A DNA stretch of 64,000 bases. It comes from Candidatus Omnitrophota bacterium (GTDB lineage Bacteria; Omnitrophota; Omnitrophia; Omnitrophales; Aquincolibacteriaceae). Every line of letters begins with the position of its first letter. The stretch's first letter is position 1. The translations under genes and the position numbers were made by a program. The stretch is taken from contig JAUYMS010000030.1 in the NCBI GenBank assembly GCA_030698625.1, positions 148,016 to 212,015 on the forward strand. Reading direction: 5' to 3'. Shown here one piece after another: positions 28,864-38,401 of the stretch. The notes beneath the pieces are model-generated. The model saw only the letters and a program-made list of their open reading frames with translations, was not told the DNA's origin and searched no databases.

Positions 28864-30651
28864 ATGCTAATCGATCTTGCGATTCTTGGTCTTTTTGTTA
28901 TTTATGCAGTCGTCACGGGTTTGCGTGCGCGCAAACAAGCCTCCAAAAATTTAGAAGAATACTTTCTCGCCGGCAGATCGCTCTCCGGCTGGCAAGCCGG
29001 GGTCAGCATGGCGGCAACCCAATACGCAGCGGATACGCCGCTCCTTGTGACAGGGCTCGTGGCAACCGCCGGTGTCTTTTCGCTCTGGCGGCTTTGGATT
29101 TACGCGATTGCCTTCCTGATGCTCGGCTTTTTTTTTAGCGGAGGATGGCGCCGTTCCGGTGTTTTAACCGATGCAGAATTTACGGAATTGCGTTATCGCG
29201 GCAAGGCGGCCGGCGCGTTAAGGGCGCTTAAAGCGATCCATCTTGGCACTTTGTTCAACTGTAGTGTTCTGGCGATGGTGCTTATTGCGGCCGTCCGTAT
29301 TTCCGAACCCTTTGTAAGCTGGCATACGTGGCTGCCCGGCGGTTTGATCACGCCCGTTGCGAATGCACTGCAATTCCTAGACGTGAACCTTTCGTCAGTC
29401 CCGCTAGGGCATTCCGATGTGTGGAACCTTTCTGCAAGTAATCTGATCTCTATTCTTATGATTGTGAGTTTCACGACACTTTATTCAACGACAGGGGGGC
29501 TCCGTGCGGTGGTCGCCACCGATATGGTGCAATTTGCGATTGCGATGATTGCGACCCTGATTTATGCGTGGATCGTCGTAAGTAAAGTGGGAGGGCTCCC
29601 TGAACTTGTTCGAAAGATGAGTGAGCTTTACGGCGATGAGGCGAGTCGACGCACGCTCGCTTTCTTCCCCGCGCGGTGGGACCTTGAAATGATGCCTATT
29701 TTAGGCGTGCTTTTTGTGCAGTGGTTTGCGCAGAGTAATGCCGATGGCAGTGGGTATTTAGCGCAGCGTACGATGGCGTGTAAGACCGACAAGGATGCGC
29801 GCAATGCCAGTATCATTTTTACTTTTTTACAAGTGGTCGTTCGATCCCTTTTTTGGCTTCCCATTGCGATCGGGCTTCTCGTTCTTTATCCGGCAGCGGG
29901 GTTGCCCGGAGCAGGAGAGGCGACAGAGGCTTTCCGTGTGGGGCGTGAAGCGACGTTTGCGCTGGGCATTCGCGACTTTTTGCCTGCTGGGATTCGCGGC
30001 TTAATGTTGACGGGGTTACTGGCAGCGTTGGCGTCGACGGTTGACACGCATTTAAATTGGGGGGCATCGTATTGGACCCACGACCTTTACGAGCGTCATT
30101 TGGCCCCGAAGTTGCTCAAAAGAGAACCTTCCACGCGTGAGCTTGTCTGGGTTGCCCGCTTTTCAAATGTGGGGCTCATCACGCTTGCCCTATTTATTAT
30201 GGCGCGGCTTTCTTCTATTCAAGCGGCGTGGCACATAACGCTTCTTTTTGGAAGCGGACTGGGTGTTGTTTTGATTCTGCGTTGGATTTGGTGGCGCATC
30301 AATATTTGGTCAGAATACGCGGCTGCGCTCAGCTCTATCATTTTGGCCCCCATCTTATTGACCCAATTTCCCGAGCTCGGCGAAGGAGGAAAGTTACTCG
30401 CAATGGTTTTTATTTCTACCTTTGCGGTGGTGGGCGTAACACTCTTAACGAAGCCGGAACAGGTTGAAACACTTGTCTTGTTCTATCAGCGTGTAAAGCC
30501 GCCCGGTTTTTGGGGCCCTATTGCGCAAAAAGCGGGAGACTCGAGCGAGACGCCCCTGACCCTTTTCAAGAAGGCTCTCGTCGCGACAGCGCTCACCAGT
30601 TTTGTGGTTTTTGCGCTTCTTTATATCGGTTGTAAACTTCTATTCGGTTAA
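28864..30651 (+). CDS. sodium:solute symporter family (SSF) transporter
   Basis: 595-aa polytopic membrane protein. The N-terminus (LAILGLFVIYAVVTG...EEYFLAGRSLSGWQAGVSMAATQYAADTPLLVTG) is typical of Na+/solute symporters. Confidence 0.75.
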   Translation: MLIDLAILGLFVIYAVVTGLRARKQASKNLEEYFLAGRSLSGWQAGVSMAATQYAADTPLLVTGLVATAGVFSLWRLWIYAIAFLMLGFFFSGGWRRSGVLTDAEFTELRYRGKAAGALRALKAIHLGTLFNCSVLAMVLIAAVRISEPFVSWHTWLPGGLITPVANALQFLDVNLSSVPLGHSDVWNLSASNLISILMIVSFTTLYSTTGGLRAVVATDMVQFAIAMIATLIYAWIVVSKVGGLPELVRKMSELYGDEASRRTLAFFPARWDLEMMPILGVLFVQWFAQSNADGSGYLAQRTMACKTDKDARNASIIFTFLQVVVRSLFWLPIAIGLLVLYPAAGLPGAGEATEAFRVGREATFALGIRDFLPAGIRGLMLTGLLAALASTVDTHLNWGASYWTHDLYERHLAPKLLKREPSTRELVWVARFSNVGLITLALFIMARLSSIQAAWHITLLFGSGLGVVLILRWIWWRINIWSEYAAALSSIILAPILLTQFPELGEGGKLLAMVFISTFAVVGVTLLTKPEQVETLVLFYQRVKPPGFWGPIAQKAGDSSETPLTLFKKALVATALTSFVVFALLYIGCKLLFG

Positions 30652-30668
30652 CTGCACCCAATGCGGAG

Positions 30669-31175
30669 CTACTGATTCTTAATGCTTTCGTCAAGAAAGG
30701 GCAGTATGTCGGTATGATGCCCGATCATTTTCCACTCGCCCTCGTCATTTTTGTGGAACACGTTGGTGGCCCGGATCGAGACTTTGACCGGATTCCCGTC
30801 GGCATCGGTATTTTCCCCGATTTCGTAGTTGTAGGTGATGCCCATATGATGGCCTGAGTTAATCTGCATGCGATCCGCTTTCACCTGACCCCCCATCTTC
30901 TTGGCGGCCTGTTTTTCCCAAACTGCCTTGACGTTTTCCCAGCCGACTTCAAAGGTGCCGTCAGGCCCCATGTAAGTGACATCGTCGGCGTGTAACCACA
31001 GAGCGGCCATCGGCGCGGCGTCTCCTGTAAACATGGCGTTCAAGGCGACGTAAAACTGATCGGCTGCCGCTTTGACGGCATCGTTGCTCTCATTCTCCGC
31101 ACGGGCTGGATTCGTGAAACAAAAACTTGCTATCGCCAAGGTAAATATCAGCAATAAGGTCAGTCGCTTTATCAT
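30669..31175 (-). CDS. secreted SnoaL-like / NTF2-like (DUF4440-type) protein
   Basis: The only convincing minus-strand gene. Signal peptide MIKRLTLLLIFTLAIASFCFTNPARA; size and composition fit the NTF2-like fold. Family assignment is tentative. Confidence 0.55.
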   Translation of the reverse strand: MIKRLTLLLIFTLAIASFCFTNPARAENESNDAVKAAADQFYVALNAMFTGDAAPMAALWLHADDVTYMGPDGTFEVGWENVKAVWEKQAAKKMGGQVKADRMQINSGHHMGITYNYEIGENTDADGNPVKVSIRATNVFHKNDEGEWKMIGHHTDILPFLDESIKNQ

Positions 31176-31356
31176 CGGAAGGCCTTTCGTTAAAGGGCGC
31201 AGTAGTTAGCCGGGTGACCGGGCTGTTTCTGAAATAATGACAGATAGGCCGCCATAAAGCAAACTGAACGGCGGAGAGTTTTACTAAGAGTTTTTCGGTC
31301 ACTGAGATATAATTCAAAAAGGCTTTTTGACTCAGCCGGAAACGGAGCGACTGGTC

Positions 31357-31803
31357 ATGAACGGACACGAAAAATTTATGCAGGCCGCCATTGAAGAAGC
31401 ACGCAGGGGCCTTTCCGAAGGCGGTATTCCAATCGGCTCGGCACTGGTCAAAGACGGTGAAATCATCGGACGCGGCCACAACCGGCGGGTGCAGAAAAAA
31501 TCGGCGGTTCTGCACGCAGAAATGGATTGCCTGGAAAATGCGGGCCGCCTCAAAGCCGCTGATTATCAGAAATGCATTATTTATTCCACGCTTTCACCCT
31601 GCGACATGTGCACCGGAACGATCCTTCTTTACAAAATCCCCACGGTTGTCATCGGCGAGAATGAGACTTTTAAAGGCCCGGAAAGTTACTCGAAAAGCCG
31701 GGGCGTTCAGCTGATTAACCTTGAGTCTGAGGAGTGCAAGCGGCTTATGCGTGATTTTATCCACGAGCATCCGGAACTATGGAATGAAGATATAGGCGTT
31801 TAA
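31357..31803 (+). CDS. cytosine deaminase, yeast FCY1-like (CMP/dCMP-type zinc deaminase fold)
   Basis: HAEMDCLE and SPCDMCTGTIL zinc-binding motifs. GRGHNRRVQKKSAVLHAEM...YSTLSPCDMCTG...VVIGEN closely resembles FCY1/CodA-type-II cytosine deaminases. ATG at 31357; the track start at 31327 is TTG. Confidence 0.8.
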   Translation: MNGHEKFMQAAIEEARRGLSEGGIPIGSALVKDGEIIGRGHNRRVQKKSAVLHAEMDCLENAGRLKAADYQKCIIYSTLSPCDMCTGTILLYKIPTVVIGENETFKGPESYSKSRGVQLINLESEECKRLMRDFIHEHPELWNEDIGV

Positions 31804-31822
31804 GTAGGCTAAAAGGAATCAC

Positions 31823-32455
31823 GTGAGAACAAATAGTAGTTTAAGCCGCTCGTTTTTAGCGATGGTCATGATGATACCCGTCTTAGTGCAAGCGACCTAT
31901 GCTGAAAGTCAGATAAAATTCAAGCATATTCCTATGCAATACATTGTGGCCTTGAGTGATGCGGGCGAAAACTCCGGGAGCGATGCGCAATTGTGGGGGC
32001 TGTGGTATCAAGATCCGGGCCCTCGAGGATGCCGGTTGGAAAACTACAAAGAGTTAAAGGATACGGGCGTTGCCCCGGCCCAATGGGCATTTGACGGAAA
32101 AGATTGGTGGCTTGAGGAGCACGGCCTGATTATGGAGAAGCCAACCTTTCCGCTGCCGCCCGGAAAATACGTCGTGACTGGGGGGCGGGAAGTCACGAGC
32201 GTACTTACGGTGGACCCCATGGACGAAAGTGGTTCGCAGCACTGGCAACTCGATCATGACGCGAAGCTTTATGATGTGACACACCTGGCCTGTCATGCGG
32301 CACGCTATACACCGGCTGAAGACAATGCTTCTTGTTCGCCGGACATGGTAGAAAAAGCAGCCTTTCCGGTAGCTCCTGGTATTTCAATGCCTTTAATCAA
32401 CGGTTGTAACAAAAAAGAGTATGCGGTTCTTTTTGTGATAGGTGAGGCTGAATAA
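31823..32455 (+). CDS. secreted hypothetical protein (210 aa, several Cys)
   Basis: GTG start; signal-peptide-like N-terminus (LAMVMMIPVLVQATYA). No family recognised. Confidence 0.5.
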   Translation: MRTNSSLSRSFLAMVMMIPVLVQATYAESQIKFKHIPMQYIVALSDAGENSGSDAQLWGLWYQDPGPRGCRLENYKELKDTGVAPAQWAFDGKDWWLEEHGLIMEKPTFPLPPGKYVVTGGREVTSVLTVDPMDESGSQHWQLDHDAKLYDVTHLACHAARYTPAEDNASCSPDMVEKAAFPVAPGISMPLINGCNKKEYAVLFVIGEAE

Positions 32456-32484
32456 CCGGACACCGTCCGGCGGGGAAGGGTAAG
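32456..32484. repeat. REP-like hairpin repeat CCGGACACCGTCCGGCGGGGAAGGGTAAG immediately after a stop codon
   Basis: Near-identical to 28411-28440, with a 6-bp stem CCGGAC/GTCCGG. Confidence 0.55.
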
Positions 32485-32534
32485 AGCCCGGTCCCGCAAA
32501 CACTTGCTGGATTTTGACTTTTAATTACGATAAG

Positions 32535-33248
32535 ATGCACACCATGGATTTTCTTAAAAAACGAAACGGTTCCAGGCTATTTTTTATCGAGTTCCCGATC
32601 CCGGTTGTTATCCTCGCGCTTATCTTTTCCGGATGTGCCATCACACTGAGGCCGGAATTTGCAGGCATTCCGCAATTTAATAAAAAACCAATTCTGCGTG
32701 TCGGATCGATCACTGAAACCGTGACAGGAACTTGGAAGATTTATCCCGATTCAGGTTTCCGGCGTTATGTGATTGAGGCCTTAAATGAACCTGAAGCACA
32801 GAGTTACTTTTCAAATGAGATGTCAAATCTGATGATGAATATTGATCTTGTCTCAGACCATGAAGATGACAACCCGCGGCTCGGAAATCTGGGTGCGCTC
32901 AGTATGGTCACACTTGGGATTATTCCGCTCAATTATTTTTCAGAATGGAATGCCGAAGGGGAGGTTGAAATCGTGGACCAGGGCGGCAATGTGGTCGCTG
33001 AATATGTGTTCCATGGAAGAGCCAGTTATGAAATTTGGGCATTCCCCTTAACCATGTTCGCGCTCTTTGGTGCAGGCCTTCGTGGGGAAGGCGACGCCCG
33101 CGCTCTTGGCAAAAGATCGGCGCACAATTTCCTGAATCAAATCTTTGAGGTCATCGAAAAGGATTACTCAAAATTGGCTGCTTACGCAGGTGTTCAGGCC
33201 GAGGCACAGGCTGCCCCGACCGTTGCCCCCCCAAGCCTCGTTGTTTAG
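32535..33248 (+). CDS. putative lipoprotein, hypothetical
   Basis: Signal peptide with lipobox-like LIFSGC. The track start is TTG at 32514; ATG candidates are at 32535 and 32544. Confidence 0.5.
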   Translation: MHTMDFLKKRNGSRLFFIEFPIPVVILALIFSGCAITLRPEFAGIPQFNKKPILRVGSITETVTGTWKIYPDSGFRRYVIEALNEPEAQSYFSNEMSNLMMNIDLVSDHEDDNPRLGNLGALSMVTLGIIPLNYFSEWNAEGEVEIVDQGGNVVAEYVFHGRASYEIWAFPLTMFALFGAGLRGEGDARALGKRSAHNFLNQIFEVIEKDYSKLAAYAGVQAEAQAAPTVAPPSLVV

Positions 33249-33268
33249 GAAATATCCACGATTGCTAA

Positions 33269-34966
33269 ATGAAATATTTATCTAGATTCTTCAGCTGTTT
33301 TGTTCTTGTCACTTCGATTCCTTTTACGCCGCTTTCTGCCGAAACGGTCACGGTACCCCCGGGCACTTCATTTGAAGATATCCTCGCAAAAGGCCGGGCA
33401 TCTGCAAACGAGAAGAACTATATTGATGCCGTGCGTCATTTTTATGACGCCCTAAACCGCAAACCGCTTCACCCTGAAACCCTGTATTACCTTGGGCTCA
33501 CCTACCAAAACCAGGGTGCGCCGCTGATTGCGCTCTTTTGGTATGAGGCCTATCTTGAAGCCCATCCGGACTCGCTCATAAAAGATCAAGTCGAGGCGGA
33601 AACAAGGCGCCTTTACGCCAGTGTGCGAAAACAAGCAGAGTTACTTCTAAATCTTGCGCTGAAGACCATTAATGAAATCCCATCGCAACTGCCGCTGGAT
33701 AAACGGGTGTTGATGGGCAAGCTTGCCTTTATCTATACGGTCACGGGCAACATCGATACGGCAGTCAAGCTCGGAGTCAATTCGATTTACAGCGGAGCGG
33801 CAACAGATTCCTACCAACGTTTTTATGGCCAGTATCTGGCAGACCTGTTTCATTATAAGGAAGCGTTTGCGATTGTCGGAGAAATGACAGACCCGGCGGA
33901 GATCGATAAGCTCCTTTATTCGATCGGTTATTTTCAGGCGATGCGCGATGAACATGATGAGGTTGAAAAAACGCTTGAGCAAATGGCGCCCTCGGGGAAC
34001 AAAGAAAAGCTGATTCAGCTTTGGACGGCACGGCTCACGCGTGAACTTAAAACAGACCGTGCCAGAAAATGGGCCGAGCAAGTGCCGGAGGAATCCCCCT
34101 ATTTCGCGGAGCTTTGGCAGAGCCTCGCGATGGGATATCTAAAAGCCGGAAGATTAGAAGAGGCAAAAAAAATCATCCCGAACTTAAACGGATCTTTTAC
34201 GGCAAGAACCATCAGCGGTGAAGGGGCTCTAGTCTTAGAAGAACTCAACAAGCTGGAAAAAGACAAAGACCGGCCATGGCTTCGAGAATATTATTTTTTC
34301 CATATCACCACAACGCTTGCCTGGATGGGGGAACTTGAACTTTCAAAAAAAGGATGTGAGCTTGCCAAACAAGCCGCAGAACCGGACGGCAACACAGCAC
34401 AAGGGGACTACGCGGAACTTGCCTGTGCCTTTTATTTTTATGAAGCCGGCGAGTTTCACCAGGCATTGTCTCAGATTCAAAAGGTGAGTCCCGAAAACCA
34501 AGGGTCTTTTGGGGTGTCGTTCTTTTGGCGGCTCATGACAAAAGAAGACCTGACGAATGCCGAGAAGATGCTTTCACAAATGAAGCCATCCCCGATTCAA
34601 GCGGGGCTTCTGCTTGAACTGAGCCGCGGGGCATATGCCGCAGGGATGGGTGAGGTTTACTCGAAATGGATCACACAAAGCCTCAAGACCGCCATTAATT
34701 TTCGCCATGAGATTTTACTTCGTCAGATCAGCCGTGATGCGGGTCGCTATGGCGACAAAGCGCTCAGTGATTATGCTGCGCAGGCCGCGCGTGTTGCGCG
34801 CTGGAGCACCTACGCTATGAAATACAGTGAAATCCAGGCAACAAGTTCGATAGCCTCTTATCTCGATCAGCATAGGCCGGATGATTTGAGGGAACTGGCA
34901 CAGAACTTAATGGATGCGGCGGTGCATTATGTGGTCATGGTGCAGGCACTCAAAAAAGAGTCATAA
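33269..34966 (+). CDS. secreted TPR-repeat protein (565 aa)
   Basis: Signal peptide MKYLSRFFSCFVLVTSIPFTPLSA and TPR-like helices (YYLGLTYQNQGAPLIALFWYEAYLEAHPD...). Confidence 0.55.
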   Translation: MKYLSRFFSCFVLVTSIPFTPLSAETVTVPPGTSFEDILAKGRASANEKNYIDAVRHFYDALNRKPLHPETLYYLGLTYQNQGAPLIALFWYEAYLEAHPDSLIKDQVEAETRRLYASVRKQAELLLNLALKTINEIPSQLPLDKRVLMGKLAFIYTVTGNIDTAVKLGVNSIYSGAATDSYQRFYGQYLADLFHYKEAFAIVGEMTDPAEIDKLLYSIGYFQAMRDEHDEVEKTLEQMAPSGNKEKLIQLWTARLTRELKTDRARKWAEQVPEESPYFAELWQSLAMGYLKAGRLEEAKKIIPNLNGSFTARTISGEGALVLEELNKLEKDKDRPWLREYYFFHITTTLAWMGELELSKKGCELAKQAAEPDGNTAQGDYAELACAFYFYEAGEFHQALSQIQKVSPENQGSFGVSFFWRLMTKEDLTNAEKMLSQMKPSPIQAGLLLELSRGAYAAGMGEVYSKWITQSLKTAINFRHEILLRQISRDAGRYGDKALSDYAAQAARVARWSTYAMKYSEIQATSSIASYLDQHRPDDLRELAQNLMDAAVHYVVMVQALKKES

Positions 34967-34967
34967 G

Positions 34968-36275
34968 ATGAAAAAAACAATCTTCATTATGATCTCAGTC
35001 ATGCCCCTTTCAATCAATGGCTTCGCTTACGTTCCCGATGTGGGCCCGGGTCACTGCGTTGCCAATTGCGACGCGCCGGATTACTCAAGCTCTTCGTCGA
35101 GTTCTTATTCGTCTTACAGCTACGATTCCTATTCCGCGTTGGGTGATTCTTTTTATCAGCTCGGGCAAAGTCTGGGCCAAAGCATCGCTGACAGCTGGGC
35201 GCAGGCCGCAGCAAATCAACAAACAGGGCTCAGTTACAATTCTTATGGAAACTCAGCCCTTGCCACCGGGAACTGGGATGATGCGATTTCGCAATACGAA
35301 CAGGCCTTGGCGTATCTCCCAAATAATTATGTGGTGCAGCAAAACCTGAAGAAGGCAAAAAGCGGACGCTCCAATAAACAAGGTGCCGATGCTCATGCGC
35401 GCGGAGATTATGAAAGCGCGCTTTACTATTACCGGGAGTCGCTTGAAATGGACCCCGGCGACCATGTTGTCCGCAATAATTACCGCGTGACCAAGAAAAT
35501 GCAGCGGCAAAAAAATGCGCATGAGCGCGCGGATCGTCTTGAAACTTTAATGGCAGAAACGAGCCGCGAACTTCAAAAGGAATTTGGCGATGTGACAACC
35601 GAGGCAGAAAATGTATCTGCGCCGCGTGAAATTGATTTTAATGCCTTGAATGCAATCTCAAGCAATCCCAATGCGGGCAAAGGACTGCGTATCAAGAGTG
35701 ATATCCCGATGCCTATACAACGCGAAAGCGCCGAAGACCGCGCGTTTAAGTTTGATAAGATTAAAGACATGCCCGAGGTGGATAAGGCGATTGAGCTTGC
35801 GAATCAGGCGTCGGTGAAGTGGGAAGAAACAAAAGAGTGGGTGGGTGACCAGGTTGAAGGCGGTGTGAAAGCGAAATTGATTGAAACCATTGAAAGCCAA
35901 ATGCCCGAGACCTATCACACTTTAAAGGGGATCAAGGAAGAGACCGAGGCCCTTTATGAGAAAATCGGCGGAGAACATAAAAAGACGGCATCCGGTGCGT
36001 TTGATCTTATGCGTGAAGGTGTGGACGAAGCGGGAAGCACTTCGGTGACGGGAGTCGTGGATGAAAAAATCGACCGGTTTATTGACGCGCGCGCAGCAGG
36101 CTATACAGATATGGCGGATGAGATCATTTCAGATAAAGTGGGCGGCAAGGTTGACGAACTGACACAGTTTGAGGAGCCCGACTGGACCGCTGAAAAATCC
36201 ACGGTGGTCTCGATTGATAATAAAAAGAGCTACGACCGTGAGCGCGCCGAATACCTCAATAAGCACGCGAGATAA
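34968..36275 (+). CDS. secreted Ser/Tyr-rich, TPR-containing hypothetical protein
   Basis: Signal peptide MKKTIFIMISVMPLSINGFA, a SSSSSSSYSSYSYDSYS stretch and TPR-like AISQYEQALAYLPNNY...GDYESALYYYRESLEMDP. The track ORF starts at 34914; the ATG is at 34968. Confidence 0.55.
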   Translation: MKKTIFIMISVMPLSINGFAYVPDVGPGHCVANCDAPDYSSSSSSSYSSYSYDSYSALGDSFYQLGQSLGQSIADSWAQAAANQQTGLSYNSYGNSALATGNWDDAISQYEQALAYLPNNYVVQQNLKKAKSGRSNKQGADAHARGDYESALYYYRESLEMDPGDHVVRNNYRVTKKMQRQKNAHERADRLETLMAETSRELQKEFGDVTTEAENVSAPREIDFNALNAISSNPNAGKGLRIKSDIPMPIQRESAEDRAFKFDKIKDMPEVDKAIELANQASVKWEETKEWVGDQVEGGVKAKLIETIESQMPETYHTLKGIKEETEALYEKIGGEHKKTASGAFDLMREGVDEAGSTSVTGVVDEKIDRFIDARAAGYTDMADEIISDKVGGKVDELTQFEEPDWTAEKSTVVSIDNKKSYDRERAEYLNKHAR

Positions 36276-36315
36276 AGAACCGTAAAAACAGACCGGACGC
36301 CGTCCCGTGAACCGC

Positions 36316-36446
36316 ATACCGGTATGCGCGCTCATTTCACGGCAACGCGGGACGCGGTTCTTAAAGTGCTGGACCCGGCCCGGCTGCGGTGGCTTTCCTT
36401 CAGCCATTTTGAGGTCGACGAGTGCGGGGCCTTGAACGACTGGCTC
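36316..36446 (+). repeat. left copy of a 131-bp direct repeat (97% identical to 39262-39392) carrying a fragment of an MBL-fold gene (…[44 protein letters not shown]…)
   Basis: Alignment by eye: 4 mismatches in 131 bp. Preceded by a truncated REP-like unit AGACCGGACGCCGTCC at 36290-36306. Confidence 0.8.
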
Positions 36447-36651
36447 CGGATCCTTCATCAGTTCGGCGACGGGGCCCGGGCTCTGAATCAAGACGAGGTT
36501 TGATTGAGTTTATCGCTATATAATACCGCGCTTCGTTAAATAAAACATCACAAAAGATGTATTATTGTCTGTTATTGTATTGAAATAAAGCATCAAATAA
36601 GATATATTATCTATAGATAATGCCGTTAATACATCAATTAAGAGGTGTAAA

Positions 36652-36999
36652 ATGGAATTCGAAACACTGACAGAGAAAGCAACCCTAAGCGAACTGGGAC
36701 AAAGAATAGCTTGCCACCGTCTCAACAAAAATATGACTCAGAGTGCACTTGCTATCGAGGCTGGGGTCTCCAAGCCGACAATTCAGCGCGTTGAAAGTGG
36801 CGCCTCCACTCAAACTTCAAACTTAATCCGCATTTTACGCGCGCTCAAATTACTCGGCAATGTGGATGCTTTAGTCCCGAAGCCGCCTATCAGCCCTGTT
36901 CAGCAGTTAAAGTTGCAGGGAAAGCTCAGACAACGCGCATCCTCAAAAAAGGAAAAGAAAAGAACTGATGGTAGTTGGTCATGGGGTGAGGAGACGTGA
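36652..36999 (+). CDS. hipB: XRE-family HTH transcriptional regulator, HipB-like antitoxin
   Basis: HTH motif LNKNMTQSALAIEAGVSKPTIQRVESG. The stop overlaps the GTG start of the downstream HipA-like gene by 4 nt (GTGA). A low-GC promoter region lies at 36500-36650. Confidence 0.75.
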   Translation: MEFETLTEKATLSELGQRIACHRLNKNMTQSALAIEAGVSKPTIQRVESGASTQTSNLIRILRALKLLGNVDALVPKPPISPVQQLKLQGKLRQRASSKKEKKRTDGSWSWGEET

Positions 37000-38297
37000 C
37001 TTATGCAGCCGTCAACCTGTGGGGTCGTAGCATTGGTGCTGTAAGCTGGGATAAAGAAAAGAACCTAGCTAATTTTGAATATACGCCGGCCTTTCTCAAG
37101 AGTGGCATTCAGGTAGCCCCACTGATGATGCCTCTTTCCTCCCACGTTTATTCTTTTCCGGCAATCTCACGTGAAACATTTTACGGGCTACCCGGTATGT
37201 TAGCGGACTCTTTGCCGGATAAGTTTGGGAATATGTTGATCAATAAATGGCTTGAAAGTGAGGGGCGGCGCGTAGAGAGCTTTAATCCGGTTGAACGGCT
37301 TTGCTACATCGGAGAGCGCGGTATAGGTGCGCTTGAATATGAACCAAGTCAGGGCCCTAAGGTCAGTGGGGCACATAGTCTGCACGTGGACGCCTTGGTT
37401 GCCTTGGCTAGTGAAATTCTCACAAAACAAGAATCATTCAAAACAGCCTTCTCTGAATCCGAAAAAGAACAGGCCATGAAAGATATTCTTCGTGTAGGCA
37501 CTTCGGCGGGTGGTGCACGCGCAAAGGCGATTATTGCATGGAATCCTAAAACCAATGAAGTTCGTTCCGGAAATATAGATATAGCGGAAGGTTTTTCGTA
37601 TTGGATTTTAAAATTTGATGGGGTGAAAGGGAATAAGGATAAGGATCTGGAAGATCCCGAAGGCTATGGTCTGATTGAATATGCTTATCACAAGATGGCG
37701 GCGGCGGCAGGTATTAAGATGATGGAATGCAGGATTTTGCGCGAAGGCGGCCGTTCCCATTTTATGACAAAGCGTTTTGACCGTAATGAAGCAGGGAAAA
37801 AAATACACATGCAATCACTTTGTGCTTTAGCCCATTATGATTATAACCAGGCGGGTGCATACTCCTATGAACAAGCCATGCAGGTTATGCGTAAATTACA
37901 GATGCCAATGGAGAGTCTTGAAGAACAATACCGCCGCACGGCTTTTAATATTATTGCGCGCAATCAGGACGACCATGTCAAGAATATTGCCTTTCTTATG
38001 GGCAAAGCCGGGAACTGGGCTTTATCTCCAGCCTTTGATGTTACTTATAGTTATAATCCATCAGGGGGTTGGACGAATAGGCACCAAATGTCGGTGAATG
38101 CCAAACGTGACGACTTCGTGAAAGAGGATTTTATTATGTTTGCAAAAAATGCCGCTTTAAAAAAAACGAATGCTATGGATATTCTTGAGGAAGTGCAAAA
38201 TACCGTCAAAAAATGGAAAAATTTCGCCGACCGATGTGGCGTACCCAAGGCCATTGCCCAAAAGATAGCTAAGACACACCGCACAAAAATTCTCTGA
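36996..38297 (+). CDS. hipA: HipA-family Ser/Thr kinase toxin (HipA N- and C-terminal domains)
   Basis: 433 aa. Catalytic-loop motif ARNQDDHVKNIAFLM...SPAFDVTYS matches the HipA DDHxKN motif. A HipA-N-like region is present (couples to the upstream HTH gene). Confidence 0.8.
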   Translation: MTYAAVNLWGRSIGAVSWDKEKNLANFEYTPAFLKSGIQVAPLMMPLSSHVYSFPAISRETFYGLPGMLADSLPDKFGNMLINKWLESEGRRVESFNPVERLCYIGERGIGALEYEPSQGPKVSGAHSLHVDALVALASEILTKQESFKTAFSESEKEQAMKDILRVGTSAGGARAKAIIAWNPKTNEVRSGNIDIAEGFSYWILKFDGVKGNKDKDLEDPEGYGLIEYAYHKMAAAAGIKMMECRILREGGRSHFMTKRFDRNEAGKKIHMQSLCALAHYDYNQAGAYSYEQAMQVMRKLQMPMESLEEQYRRTAFNIIARNQDDHVKNIAFLMGKAGNWALSPAFDVTYSYNPSGGWTNRHQMSVNAKRDDFVKEDFIMFAKNAALKKTNAMDILEEVQNTVKKWKNFADRCGVPKAIAQKIAKTHRTKIL

Positions 38298-38401
38298 TTA
38301 GTAAGCATAACCGTAGAAAGTTACCGGGTACCAAAGGGACACGTAATAAATATAGGTGCCAGGCAAAGGCGTAACGTTGGAGCGAAATTGTAGGAGAGGG
38401 A

